Made by a program: the position numbers and the translations under genes
Shown: positions 11,233 through 24,091 of the stretch, piece by piece
How the letters are laid out: each line of letters starts with the position of its first letter
Numbering within the stretch: the stretch's first letter is position 1
Notes under the pieces: generated by a model
What the model saw: the letters and a program-made list of their open reading frames with translations, nothing else
Databases searched by the model: none
What the model was told of the DNA's origin: nothing
Source of the DNA: Euglena gracilis
Taxonomy: Eukaryota
Reading direction: 5' to 3'
Assembly (NCBI GenBank): GCA_039621445.1
Contig: CP154954.1
Coordinates: 18,648,642-18,712,641 of the forward strand
Length of the DNA: 64,000 nt

Positions 11233-13681
11233 AACCGTATCCCAACTGTAACCATAGCATTAACCCTGAAACGGCCGTGAACACAAACGAAAAAAGATTT
11301 TTCTTCTCATGAACATGCAACCCGCAGAAAATGGAATGCAGTCTGGCGTGATAAATGCCGGGCCCGTTTTTCAGCTGCGGGAGGCTCCTCCTCGGTGGAC
11401 TTAACGACAGCATCCGGCCGTTCCAACAAATCCGAACCAGGAATTGGGTGCCCAGCGCCACCACGAATGTTCCGGGAGCGTGAATAAGGGTTGATAAGGT
11501 TTCATAATTGTAACATTTCACGCAATTTTCCCCGGGGTTGTATAAAAGGGTGTGCATGGTTTGGTGGGGGGGGGGGCGACGATTCCAAATCCTGAAACCA
11601 GGAACGCGGACGCCTTGGCACAGGGACACCAAACTCGTCGGCGTCACGTGCACGCTTGCGCAACCTTGTGGGCAAGATGTATGTCTTTCCCTCCAGCAAC
11701 GCCATGAGCTCCCGCGGGGTTGACATGGAAAGGGAGGACTGTGTGGAGACGGAGGGATGATTGTGAATCGGATTCCGCGCCATTCTCAGAGGCGTCATCG
11801 TCAGAATAATCGGCAGCAGGCTCCAGGTCGGCCTGCGATAGTACCAAACCCTGCGGCGCGGCATGTGTGGTGCGGGCATCCCTCACAGCGGCGGCATGGA
11901 CGTCTTTCAACAACTCCCTGATGTACCGCGCAACGGGGCGTGCCTTCCGGGTCCCCCCCAGGAGAACGACCGCGATCCAGTTCGCAACCAGCTGGTATCG
12001 GCCCATTTGCTCGGCCCCATTCTCTGATAGTGAAACCAGGGCGTCCCGTACGATCTTTTGTTCGGCCTCGCGATCCAAGGACGATTGCCAAATCAGCAAG
12101 ATTGTGCGCCGCAGGTCCACTGCTCTACCCAACGTTGTGGAGTAGAGGTTCATCAACAGTTGCATGAAGTCGAACGTGGCATACACGCGCGCCACGTGGA
12201 CGATGTAGATTGAAGGGTATGCGCCCTTGGCCAGTGCCAAGACGAGACTGCAGTGCGCGTTAAACACAACTACACCATGGTCCCCCCCTGACCAGCAAGC
12301 ACCGTGCATTGTTTGCAAAAGAGCGAGATAAAAATTGGCCCAACCCTTTTCAACTCGCTCACAAAGCAATTTCTCAACAAACCCCTACAACTGGAACGGA
12401 GGAAAAGGATGTACACAGCACTGGTAGCTCCGTGGTGATAGAATGCACTACAGGCTGGACGCATCCTTAAAAATCGGGTCTAACAAGTTCGGTTTGACGT
12501 GTACACTCCCAGCATGTGTTGCGCACTTGTAACGTTGCACGCGTATATCCTCCACACCAGATAGTGTGAGACATTTGCCATCGTAATACCCATTCCGTTG
12601 CCACGAGCAACTCCCACAAAAACCAGGAACGTTCCCCTCAGGCTTCCATTCCTGCCCTGCCATCATCCACGTGCAAACCAATGGGTCTTTCCGACGAATG
12701 CGAGAGTCGGCTGTGACCACGGTTGTCATTTGCATAGCTGGATGAGTGACATTTGAGTGTGGTCTCAAATCACCACACACAGAATTTTTTTCTCCCGGGA
12801 GTAGGGTCCAGTGCCTTTAAAAACGAATTACTCAGGAGGAACCATTGCAACGTTTATTTTAGAAAAAAAGACAAAAACAGGTTTGATTTTGTATCCCAGA
12901 TAAGGTGAAGGAATATTATTAAAAAAAAGGAATAAAAAAAAAAGCTCAGCACCGGTGCTCGTGTTTCACGTTGTTTCACGTTTTTGAGAACAAAATCCAA
13001 GGCCAGCCATGCCTGGATCCCTGCGACTGTCCAACTCCTCTGCCACCGGGCTGCCAGGCGCCTCAACTGCATCCGTCGGCTCGGCATCTGCCACAGCATC
13101 CGGTGCACATTCACCTTCGGTGATCCCCACTTCATCAACCCCTGCAGCCTCATCTCTGGCCTCGGTATTCACCACCGTCCCATCTGAATCGGCCAACTCC
13201 GCATTCGTGGGGGCCACTGGTGGTGCAACAGCCACCACTGGCGGCGCATAATCCGCTGGGCTCACCTTCCTGGTCGTTTTCTTGCGATTTAGGCATATCT
13301 CCCTAGAATTCGCATTGGTTTTTTTCCCATACTGGTAGACAATTGAGGACTCACAGACCCCGGTGCGTGTTTTGCAGTTTGTTTCTCTGTGTCTGATGGA
13401 GAGAGACACCTACCAAAAGACACACAAAACTATAATTGGAGGTATCATTGTTTTTCCATACAGCACTATTTCAGCAACCCCCCCGGGAACCATCAAAGGA
13501 GACATGTTTGGGCCTCAAAATGACGAATAATTTTTGAGGGCCTCGGAAACACAGCCTTACATATTTCGCAAACATAGTGAAAGCCTTTTGGAGAGCCACA
13601 GTTGCATGCCCAATGACGAGCGGCCTCAGCATCCACACAAGTGGGGGCCACATGGGCCGCATGGGCAGCAGCAGTAGACAT
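11200..13681 (-). pseudogene. Fragmented, probably spliced Cys/His-rich gene inside the Mutator-like element
   Basis: CAG acceptor 8 nt before ATG at 13681. Motifs CEIC...RH (zinc-finger-like) and CGSC..RNG...QRYKC..H. A 241-codon ORF at 11644-12369. Frames are broken and no catalytic motif was recognised. Confidence 0.4.
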
Positions 13682-15026
13682 GGTGGTTTCTGCAAGTAAA
13701 TTAGAGGTTGATGAAAATAACTGCAAACATTCAAATCTTGGTTTTGAAAGGGGGGAGGTCGGTGGGTGGGCAACCCTAAGTCGACCCTGGGGCTGGCGAC
13801 CCTAGGGTCGGCCCACTAGGGGGGTCTCCCGGACGGCCTATGGGGCGACCTTTGGCGACCTTTGGCGACCGTGGGCAGACCCTAGGGTCTGCCCACAACC
13901 CCCCCCCCCAGGCCAGATCTACCCCCCGGTTTTAGGATGTGTTCCGCCCGCGCGGCCGCCCTCGGACCCCCCTCCCCCCCCCTCCCCCCCGCGCGGCCGC
14001 CCGCGCGGCCGCTCGCCCCCCCCAGCCCCCCCCCCCCCCCCGGTGTGCCTAGCCTCCAGTGGTCGGAGATTGGTCATGGGAGTGTCCTTTGGCCGAAGGT
14101 TGGGGACGCCGGTTCTGTCCTGAGCCCGGCCCGGTCTCTAAAACGCCGGCTTAACAAGAAGTGGCGGACGCCGGTTTTGTCCAAAGCCCGGCGTTCTGGA
14201 CGCCGGTTCCGTCCTTCGGAACCGTCCGAAGGACGGAACCGGCGTTCGGAACGCCGGGCTTTGGACAGAACCGGCGTCCGCCACCTCTTTTTTGTAGTAA
14301 AGGACATGTGGCTTCATTCTGGAATTTTGCCAGATTTGCCATTGTTCTTTTTTTCAGTCCCATTTGTCCGTCATCCATGTTGTGTTTCATGTGTGATTCT
14401 TCCACTCACAGGTTCCACGTGTGGAATGTGAAGTTGATGTGAAGTTTTAGTCAAAGAAGTTACAAAAGAAGAAGAAGAAGTGAAGGTACCCCCCTTTATT
14501 TGCCCCCCCCCTTAATTGAGCATTTGGGTCCGGATAAATTTTTTTTTTCATGCGCCGAAGGCGCCGAAAATTTTTTTGCCCTATTTCTAAAGGAATTTTT
14601 GACCCCCCCCCCCTTATTTGACCCCCCCTTACCACCCCCCCCCCTTTATTGTCCCCCCCCTTTATTGTCCCTGGGCCCCGGCCGACAGGGGTTTTTTTTG
14701 GCCCGGCCAATGAAATTCCTTTGGTACCCCTTTATTGTCCCCCCCCCTTTATTGTCCGGTCGGGCCTCCCGGGGGCAGGCCGGTGGGACAATAAAGGGGG
14801 GGGGGTATTTGAGCATTTGGGGGGTCCTTTGGCCCGTAGGGGGGGGGGGTGGTATTGGTCACGGGGGGGTCATGGGGGAACACCACATTTTCGGTGGGCA
14901 AATTAGGAATCACCAAAAACGAATTTTGGGGGGGGATCCTTTTTGGCTCCAAATTAGGAATTTTGACACCAAATTAGGCATCACCAGTCTAAATTTTGCA
15001 AAATTTATGCCTCAAAATTAGGAATC

Positions 15027-16351
15027 TACCATGCCCCCCCCCATCAGCGGTGTCGGAACAATTTTTTCCCGGGGGGGGCGAGGAACCGACAAAATTTGGA
15101 GCGCATCCTTTTTTCCCCGGCGCGAAGCGCCGAGGAAAATTTTTTTCATGGCACAACCAAAATGTACTTTTTTCTGTCCCCCTGGCACCGAAGGGGCCGA
15201 GACGCTAACGCTTTTTTTGAAGTCCAATGCTCCAAAAACTTGAGCTAGAAAGCGAAATCATGGGAGGCTAGGCGCGCCGCTCGGGGGGGTCCGGGACCCC
15301 CCTCCCCCCCCCGGCCCCTGCGCGGCCGCCCGCGGCCGCTCGCCCCCCCCCCTCAACCTCCCCTCCCCCCACTGTGCCTAGCATAGCCAAGAAAAAGGCA
15401 TTTTTTTGAGCAAAAATGGCCCAAAAAATGGCCAAAAATGGCCACTTTTTGGACCCAAAAATGGGCCGTGCGTCGCCCGCGCGGCCGCCCTCGGACCCCC
15501 CCCCCCCCCCCCCCCCCCCCCGCGGCCGCTCGCCCCCCCCCCCGCCTCAGCCCCCCCCATTGTGCCTAGCCTCCATGGGTAGAACCCCTTTGGAAACCTC
15601 CCAACTCAACCCAACTGTCGACTTCGCAACAAAATCATTTTTTTTCGTTGACCCGAAGAGTTTCCCCCAAACTCGGCTGGTCAAGAAAATGGAGGGAGGG
15701 GGACATATGGGGATATCAGTTTGTATTCAAACAGCCAAGGTGAAAGTGGTTTGTGGGGTCCCAAAAAACAATTAGCACCAAAGGGAAAAAAAGTCGGTTT
15801 GTGGCCAAAATCCAAACCGGACGCCGGGGCCGGGTTTTGGACAGAACCGGCGTCCAGAAAACCCGTGGGGGGGCACGCCGGTTCTGTCCTGAACCCGGCA
15901 TCTCAAACGCCGGTTTAAACATCAAGAAGTGCCGTGGGGTTTTTTCAAGGATTTTTATTTCGGCCAAAGGCGGCCGAGACGGTAATGGATTTTGCAATTT
16001 CATTCTCCAAAAATGTGCCTTTAACTAGCAAGGCGGCTGCCGAAGGCAGCCGAGATGGTAACGCCCTTTGAACCATTGAACATGGCATTACAAAGAAAAA
16101 TATCACATTCATGCAGCAAAAAAATTTTCTTTCCAAAATCCCGGGGGGGGCGGCCGCCCCCCCGACCCCCCCTTGTGACACCTATGCCCCCCATATAAGA
16201 CCCCCCCCCATATAAGACCCCCCCCTGGCCGGCCGAAGGCCGGCCCTTTGGCCGGGACCGACCCCCCCATATAAGACCCCCCCCCCATATAAGACCCCCC
16301 CCTAGGATTTTGGCTCCCGAGGGGGGGTCTTATATGGGGGGGGGCATGGTA
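15027..16351. mobile_element. Tc1/mariner-pogo-like MITE(s) with TACCATGCCCC...GGGGCATGGTA ends and nested insertions
   Basis: TA-flanked inverted termini and internal TATAAGACCC repeats. Related TATAAGAC arrays at about 35170-35720. Confidence 0.5.
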
Positions 16352-16982
16352 CCTGAATATTTTGTCAAATTAGACATCACCAGCCAAGTTTTTTTCCAAA
16401 AAAAACATTGCAAAAAATTTTCCCCCAAACCCTCCATGGCGGTTTTTTTGTTTTTTTAAAAAAACACATTTTTCTTTAAAAAAAACATGTTTTTTTGTTT
16501 CAAAAAAAAGCCGTCAACCTTGGGGGGGGGGGTGGAAAAACGCTCGTTTTCGGCTCAAAAACAGTTTGTCCGGTCTGAGAGGCCAAAAAACATCGTTTCG
16601 GGCAAAAAAAATCGATTTTTTGAATTTTTTGGCCCAAAAAGGAAAAGTCGGACAGTGGATAAAGTGTTCAAAATGGCCGAAATTGGCCGAAAAGCGGCTG
16701 TATCTCGTACGCGATGAGCTGCGTGAAAACCAAAGTACCAGAGGATAAGGCGTTCCAAGGGCCTCAATTTAGGACTCCAGACATTTCCTTTGATTTTGCA
16801 TCACTTTCGAGAAAGTTTGAAAACATTCATTTTTTGACCCCCCAACCCCCGAAAACGAAGAGTGGGGAAAGTGTGAAAAATGGCCATATTGGCCGAAACG
16901 CGGGGAGTTGCGAGGAAATCAAAATACCAGTAGATAGGGCGTTCCAAGGGCTTCAAATTAGGTCTACATACATTACTTTGAT

Positions 16983-17981
16983 CAGGGTTGGGCAATTAAC
17001 CGTCATTATTGGGGTCAAGCGATTAACCATGGTTAACTGGGGGTCAACAAGCGATTAACCAATTTTCGATTAACTGTGCCTTTCCCTCGATTAATCTCGA
17101 TTAACCGCAACAAAAAATTCAAAGTGTCCCTACCCTTGAGTATGCGCTCATGTTTGTGTGAATGAATTTTCGCGCACTTGGCTATCTGACCCATTACTAG
17201 TAGACTCGGCAACGGAGATCCGCGTGGTTTTCATTTTTCTTCGTTTGTTTGGCTCATGATCCATCCAATGAATGAGAGTCTAAGCTCTGGTTTGGGGATG
17301 ATGTTTTCAGGCACCAATTTGGCAAGGTGCACAACACTCAACAGAGCAATCACTAAGGTGATTGCGCAAATCACTGGGCTCACAGCTTCTTTCATCCGAT
17401 GACAATTACCACCCCTCCTCCGAAGGGTTATGTTCGGCGTTGCGGTTGAAAATTGCCTCTTTTCCAAAAGGGAACTTCAATTACCCACACAACGAGGTCC
17501 CCCACCCGGTGTCTACCGGTAAGTCCCCAAAGGGTAGAGAAATGTTCCCAAACCCAAGACATCTTTGATTTCTGCAAAAAAAAAAAAGTCGATTAACTGG
17601 GGGGGGCACAAGCGATTAACCGTTTTTCGATTAACCATGGGGGGGTTGGTACGCCGTGGCGAGGGGGTCCGAATAGGGGGGGGGGGGAGGGGGTAAATGG
17701 CGTGGCGAGGGGGTCGGCGACCAGGGGGGGGGAGGGGTGTACCATGGTTTTCCAACAAAATTTTCGTTCAAAAAATCGCGAAAATTGCCGGTGGTGTGGC
17801 GAGGGGGTCCGGCCAGGGGGGGGGGGGAGGGGGGGTAAATGGCGTGGCGAGGCCCTCGGAGAGGGGGGGGGAGGGGTGTACCAACCCCCCATGGTTAATT
17901 GTCCCCCCCACAAACGATCGATTAACTGGGGGGGGGGGGTCACAAGCGATTAACCATTTTTCGATTAACCATCCAACCCTG
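16983..17981. mobile_element. hAT-like element with CGATTAAC subterminal repeats
   Basis: CAGGGTTGG...CCAACCCTG termini. CTTTGAT/CTTTGAC flanks. The uninterrupted host repeat is at about 45240. Confidence 0.8.
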
Positions 17982-18648
17982 CTTTGACTTTGGCTTCATT
18001 TTGGAGATATTTTGAAAATTGACATTTTTTTGGCCGAAATGGCAGAGTCCAAAGGGGGGCTTAAAAAGGGGGGCGGGCCGATCCTACCCAGTTTAGACCC
18101 CCCCCCGCGTGAATAACTCGGGCCTGGCAAGGAGTTGGGGGTCAAACTCAGGTGATTCGGAAACAAGAAATCCAGTCGCTCGCGACTGAAAAAAAAATAA
18201 GGGAACTGGGGTGGGGCGGGCTCTTACCCATAAAGGGATAAGAGCTCAGCGACCCCCCCCTAAATGAGTCCCCTGCAAAACAAAAATTAAACGACCGTAT
18301 GTTAAAATTTATTTACACTGTATGTTACGTGTAAGTTACACGCGAAACTTACACTTGTAAATTTCGTCGCAATGCTAGTTGGGACACGGGAAGGTCATGC
18401 GGGCAATGGTAACGTTCTCTGTCCCGCAAAAGAGTACAGCAGGAAGAGGAAATGGTGGTTGAAGTCGCGCGGAGGAAATCCTCTGGGGGGACTCTGCCAG
18501 CCACGTGTTGGGAGGCCTGCAAGAGCAATTGGGAGCGAGATACAGTATGCCGGGATCGTTGACAATTGACAAAAGGGCACCGGTCGTGGAGGGCGAATGA
18601 GAAAGAATCCATAGTTGGTTGAGGGACAGGTGGGGTTGGGTCCGGGAG

Positions 18649-19028
18649 CATAGTTGGCGTTTTTTTTTTGTTTTGTTTTTGGAAAAAACTTGCTTTTTTG
18701 AAAAGAAAAAAAATGACAAAAAAACATCAAAAAAAAACAAAAGGAAATTTTCATTGAAAAAAGCTCATTATGAAACACCCAAACCATACTTTGAATCCTA
18801 CTAAGTTCAAAAATTGCCAAAAATGGCCAAAACCATCCAAAAAATGCAAAAAAAATGCAACTTTATGGCTTTTTTCATGCCGGGAAGTTTTTCAAAACTT
18901 CCTAAAAAAGATTGAAAATATACATTCAAAAAAATTTCCGTGCAAAACCTTGTTGGCGTTTTTTTTCCTTCAAAATTGTTAAAATGAAAAAAAAAGTAGC
19001 GTCCAAAAAAAACAAGCTGCCAACTATG
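18649..19028. mobile_element. hAT-like MITE
   Basis: CATAGTTGGC...GCCAACTATG TIRs. 8-bp TSD TCCGGGAG/TCCAGGAG. Confidence 0.85.
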
Positions 19029-19445
19029 TCCAGGAGGTCAGGCAGGGGGTCGCTTATTCCTTCGGAGCTGCACCCTCCCAGAGGGATGGTTGCATTCCTG
19101 GGCTAGAACCTTTCCGTGACACTCGGTTCGGGGTAATTGGCAGGCCATGCCATTCAAGGCTCAATTCAAGGCACCCAGGCTGGTCAGGTCGAGTTAGTGA
19201 AGGCCCCATGGGCACCCGAACGCATGGTGCAGGGTTTGGCTCAGCCCCAGGGGAGCCTCACACCACACGACGCTCCTGACCGCTGCTCCTGCCGACCCTT
19301 CACTGTGGCTAGATGGAGATGGGCTGGTCGAGGCCAAGGCCGTTGCTGGCACCCATCCTCCTCCTGCGGTGACACCCTCGGGATTCGGGGGGGCTCACCA
19401 CTATTCATGGATCGCCTTTGTCCCGAGACCATGCTCACTCCAAGG

Positions 19446-19897
19446 CATAGCTGGCTTTTTTAAAAAAAAACGTTTTTGTTTGTTTTTTTATTTAAAAAAA
19501 ACGGGCAAAAAAAAACGGCAAAAAAAAGGGGAAAATGATGGTCCAAATTTTGCCTTTGATCGCAAGGGTGAACCAACCTTAGCTCAAAGGGCTTGAAAAC
19601 CAATACTTTTGGTTGTCATACTTTTGTTTTTTGTTTTTTTTTTGAAAAAAACATGCGTTTTTTTCAAAAAAAACGTGTTTTTTTTTAAACTTCGTTTTAA
19701 ACGAAGTGCCAGCTATGGTTGAAACATCCCAAATTTGGTGTCTTTCTCTAACCGAGGATGGGCAAAAAAAGCTAAAATTAAAGGCAAAATTTTTTTGCCC
19801 TGGACTCAATGCCGTTTTTTTTGTTTTTTTAAAAAACATTTTTTTTTAAAAAAAACGAGTTTTTTTTGACTTCGTTTTAAACGAAGTGCCAGCTATG
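19446..19897. mobile_element. hAT-like MITE
   Basis: CATAGCTGGC...GCCAGCTATG TIRs. 8-bp TSD CTCCAAGG/CCCCAAGG. Confidence 0.85.
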
Positions 19898-20368
19898 CCC
19901 CAAGGCGCCTCGACTGCTTCCACGGGGGGCTCACATTTGCCTGACTGTACATTGAGCCACCATGCGCAGGTGCCTCCACAACAACCTCCCGGCGTTTAGG
20001 TGACCAGCCGGGACCCGTTGATAGCGATCCCCGACACCGGTGCGCCACATTCCGATGTCCAGGCCACTCACCCCCACGGTATATCGAACGCTGCTTCAAG
20101 TGCACCACACTCCGAAGGTCGCCCGACCTGATGACCAACTAGCGAGTCCCACGGAACCAGGTTGATTACTGGTTGCTATCGGTTGCTGCCGTTCTAAAGG
20201 CCTCCCATCTTCCGCGAAGCACCCTGAGGACCCATGCGGTCCTGCCACTCGTTAGGGACTGGGTATCCTACGATCTCTGATCGCCAGATCCGCGACAGGC
20301 AATTAGGCATCAAAGATACCCTCCACTATCCCTCTAGTGCCTTTCACGAAGGAAGAACACTGAATACG

Positions 20369-22977
20369 ATGCCTGAAACTGGAAAGTCAAGTGACAGCGA
20401 GGAACTCTCAACAATATCCGAAATTTCGAGCGTCGCCAGTCTGACCATCGAGGAGATTGTGGAGAGAAAGCGACAAGAGCAGGCAGCCACGCAAAAGGAT
20501 GGCCAAACCAGGAGCCAGAAGCGTCGAGCAAGGCGGCTGAAGCAAGCGCTGGCACCAGCCCCCCTCCGAGTTCGATTACCCGGAATCAAGCAATCCCAGA
20601 AAAAGCCACATTTGACCAAGGTGTGCAAGCAAAAAGCCCAAAGGCAAGCCAAGCAGCACGACAACCAAGCTGTGGAGCAAAACCCTGGCGCTGGCAAGAA
20701 GAACCCGGAGTTTGGAAACCAAGGAAGCAAAGGAGACGTAAACGAACACCGCCCCCATCCCCAGCACATTCCCCATTACAATCGCCATCCCCGTTTTGTG
20801 CCCTCCCCCCCCCCTCCCCCCCCACATGTGGTGCCAATTGTCCCAATTACAGAGGCCCTGCGGGCCCTGCAAAGACAATTGGCACCACCCCTTCCCACCG
20901 AAACTTACATCAACACCAACCTACCACACACACTGCCATTCCACACCTTCTTTCCCCCTCCCCCCCCCGGCCCTCCCCACCCCTGTGGCCCAGTGGGCCC
21001 CTTCGGTGGGGATGTTGGCCGGGATGTCCCTCCCCCCCCCTGGACCACCACCTCCCAACCCCACCCCCACTATCCAAATTACAGCTGAATTATATGAACA
21101 ATTGAGGAATCATTTCCTCCCTAACCAGGCTAACCCCACCCCCCCCCTCCCAGGGCCTTCTGCACCCCCCTCCCCCATCTCAGTCGCCCCCCCCTCCCCC
21201 ACTGGCTTGGATCCCCTTTCCCTTTGTGATGAAGAAATGGAAGACCTGCGAAGTATTCTGCCGAAACTTCGGCCCCCCCCTGCCCAAACAACCTTTCTGT
21301 TGGAGTGGCTCCGCGGCCTCCCCCCCCACCCCCCACCCTGTGCAAAAGCCCTGTCTCCGCCAGTGATGGGACTGCAGTCTGCCAGATCAATGATCTACCT
21401 CCTCTGTGCCTGCCTTCTAGCCGGACTCCTCCCAAAAATGCTGGATGGGTGGGAGCGAAGGACCCCCGCCCCCACCCCGGCGGCATGCCAAAAAAGGGGC
21501 GAGCACCATGACCCCAATCCCTGCCACGACCACTATGACTTTCCCCCGGCTGCCACCCCTGGGAACTACGGCCCCACCCTCTGGAAGGTCACCTGGGGTC
21601 CGAACTGGGTCGTCCACTGCGGAGACATCCAACCAAACCCGGGTCCCCCCAGCCGGCACTTCGTCTTCCGCCCCCCCCCTCCTCTGGGGCATCCTGGACT
21701 TCTGGTCGCTCCCTCCACCGGACCTTGACCTCTTCGCCTCAGCTAGCAACGCACAAACCACCAACTTTTTCTCGGAAGCTTCCTCCGCCCTCAACAGGAC
21801 CTGGCGCCACCTGGGCTTCCTTTGGATCAACCCACCTTTCTACCTCTTGCCCCTGGTCACCAAAAAAGTCCTGCACGAACGACCGCACGCGCTGGTTCTG
21901 TTCCCTTTCAGCCAGGCTCAATGGTTCACCGACCTCACCACCGCCGCCACAAGGCTCATCACCATCCACACCACCCCCTGCTTCCTCTTCCCCGACGGCT
22001 CCCCTGCACCTCCGGCACCTTGGCCCGTGTTCATCGCCCTCATATCCGCCCCTAACATGCCTCAAACTTCGCCACACGGCACCCCCATCCTACTCTGCGG
22101 TGACGTTGAACAGAACCCCGGGCCCATCTCCTTCCATGAATTCCTTCAAAATGCCGCCACTCCTTTCATGACAGGGGTCAACCCCACAGACATCGCCCGC
22201 CACAAAACAAACCTTCTCCTCCGTTCTGCCTCCTGGGGTGAACATTGGTTCGCCTCCCTCTTCCCCGATCCCAGCCAACCCCCGGACCACGATGTCGCCC
22301 TCCAATACCTCTCGGCATACGAACTCTTCACAAGAGCCACCCTTGAACGTGGTCCTGAGGCGCTCCAGTGGACCTTCCAAGAGGACGAACTGGAGGCCCT
22401 GCGCCGGCAAGTCGCCGCCCTTTCCGCACCATCACAAAACCCACCTCCCCCAACCCTTGAAAGCCTCTCCGCCACACTCTCCCCAACCAACATCACTGCT
22501 TTCCGCTCCCTCCACCCCGGACCGACCTGGATGACCGACTTGTGCGACATCCTGGAGCGCTCCCTCTCGGGAATGACCGAGGACGACACCCTTCTCGCCG
22601 TTTGGCGCCTCCTCATCTCCACGTATTTTCGCTACCGCGCCACTTACACCTCACCGGCCGCACGACTCACCACAGATCCACACCAACCCCACATGCACCG
22701 CTCCTCCTCCTCCTCCTCCCAACAGCAAACCCATGCGCCCCCGTCCAGTCCAGCCCCTTTCTCTGCCTCCGACGCCTGCCTCATGGGAGCCTCCGCCCAA
22801 GAAAGGCGAACCCCACACGGCACATCAACTTTCCTGTTCCACCAAGGAACTGAGTATTACAAAACCCGGGAAGGAACGCTTTGGCCCACCTCCTCTCCGC
22901 CCCCAAAGGATTGCTTCAAATGCCCGGGCTCCAGGCACTGGCATTGGCAATGTCCCAAGCTTCAAACCCACAAATGA
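20369..22977 (+). CDS. ORF1 polyprotein: basic/Pro-rich N-terminus - 2A - DNA N6-adenine methyltransferase - 2A - Gag-like with CCHC knuckle (two apparent frameshifts in C runs)
   Basis: GDIQPNPGP at 21621-21647. DLDLFAS at 21721 and WINPPF at 21823-21840. GDVEQNPGP at 22099-22125. C-x2-C-x4-H-x4-C at 22912-22953. Joining the three ORFs needs shifts at poly-C tracts near 21030-21040 and 21671-21680 (inference). Confidence 0.8.
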
Positions 22978-24091
22978 CTCGCTGTGTCCCACCCCCCTAA
23001 CCCAACCCCCCCCCCAGCATACCCCTCCCCCCTCCCAAACTGCCCCCCTCCCCCCACCAATACCTCCTTGCACCATCTCCGCCCTCACCTCAGCCTCACT
23101 TAAGCTCAAAGACCACCTCGCACAGCCCGACCGCACCCCCCTGCCAGGAAACGCCCTCCTATGGCACTGGTCCACCTCCACCCTACGCACGTACTGCTCC
23201 CGTATCAATTCCCTCCTCTCCTTTTCACACACCTATCCTCCGGACACTGACCTCGTGGTCTTGGTCCCGCTCTACCTGGGGCACCTTGCCGCGGCCGGCC
23301 ACGCCTCCTCCTACAGTCGCGGTGTCCTCTCCGCCCTCCAAGCCCTCTCCACCCTTTCTTGGCTCGACCTCACCCTCCCACCAGCCTGGTGGAAGTACTC
23401 CTCCGCCGCCGACCGCATCCACGTCCCCTCCGACCGCTTGTGGTTCCCACCATCGGCTTTTTCCCAAATACGGCCGTCCACGCTGCAAGACGTCCGCACT
23501 GTCGGCCTCACCATTTTGGCGCTTTCCCTCGGCCTGCGCTACAGTGAAGCCGCCTCACTCTCCCGCTCTTCCCTCCTCTTCTCCTCCCCATCACCAACCA
23601 TACACTTCCGCGCCGCCAAGGTCCGCCCCCCACTCTCCCCGGACACCACCCGAACCCTCACCTCCTTCACCCTTTCTTGGCTCCTCTTCCTCTACGAAGT
23701 CGCCGAACCCACAGACTCACCCTTCTGCCCGCCGGCCACACTCCACCACCACTACAAACAGGTCTTCCAGCACACGCGTGCTGCTGGGTTCCCCTTCCAC
23801 TCTCTCCGCCGGGCCTGTGCCCGCATCATGTCCCAATCCGGAGTTCCCCTCGAAGCCATCATGGATTGGTGCAGGTGGAGGAACCCAAGACAAGCCCGGG
23901 AATACATTGGACCTGCACACAGCGAACCCCAACTTACTGTCCCATGGCTCTTTCCCCAACCTCCCCCCACAGTCGGAGCACCAACACCCTTCATCCCAAT
24001 CATCCCGGGCGACCTCTTCCCTCCCACCTTCCTCCCTATCCAAACCCCAACCACATCCAACAAACGACGGCGACCTTCCACCATCTCGTAA
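22733..24091 (+). CDS. Tyrosine recombinase
   Basis: Uninterrupted 452-codon ORF with LGLRYSEA (R), AAK (K), HSLRRACA (HxxR) and RWRN...EYI (W, Y). True start uncertain. Confidence 0.92.
   Translation: MRPRPVQPLSLPPTPASWEPPPKKGEPHTAHQLSCSTKELSITKPGKERFGPPPLRPQRIASNARAPGTGIGNVPSFKPTNDSLCPTPLTQPPPQHTPPPSQTAPLPPPIPPCTISALTSASLKLKDHLAQPDRTPLPGNALLWHWSTSTLRTYCSRINSLLSFSHTYPPDTDLVVLVPLYLGHLAAAGHASSYSRGVLSALQALSTLSWLDLTLPPAWWKYSSAADRIHVPSDRLWFPPSAFSQIRPSTLQDVRTVGLTILALSLGLRYSEAASLSRSSLLFSSPSPTIHFRAAKVRPPLSPDTTRTLTSFTLSWLLFLYEVAEPTDSPFCPPATLHHHYKQVFQHTRAAGFPFHSLRRACARIMSQSGVPLEAIMDWCRWRNPRQAREYIGPAHSEPQLTVPWLFPQPPPTVGAPTPFIPIIPGDLFPPTFLPIQTPTTSNKRRRPSTIS

Larger units (their letters stand above)
8849..13927. 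mobile_element. 5-kb Mutator-like TIR element carrying a satellite array and degenerate ORFs
   Basis: About 70-bp inverted repeats (GATCTGGCCTGGG...GTGGGCAGACCCTAGGGTCTGCCCAC...GGTCGCCAAAGG). GGTTTTAGGA is duplicated at 8839-8848 and 13928-13937. It splits a MITE whose intact version is at about 1790-1820. Superfamily inferred only from TSD length. Confidence 0.75.

Noticed and set aside
20224-20264. Hammerhead ribozyme (CTGAGGA plus hairpin)
   Set aside because: No GAAA core follows the stem on either side of the insertion.
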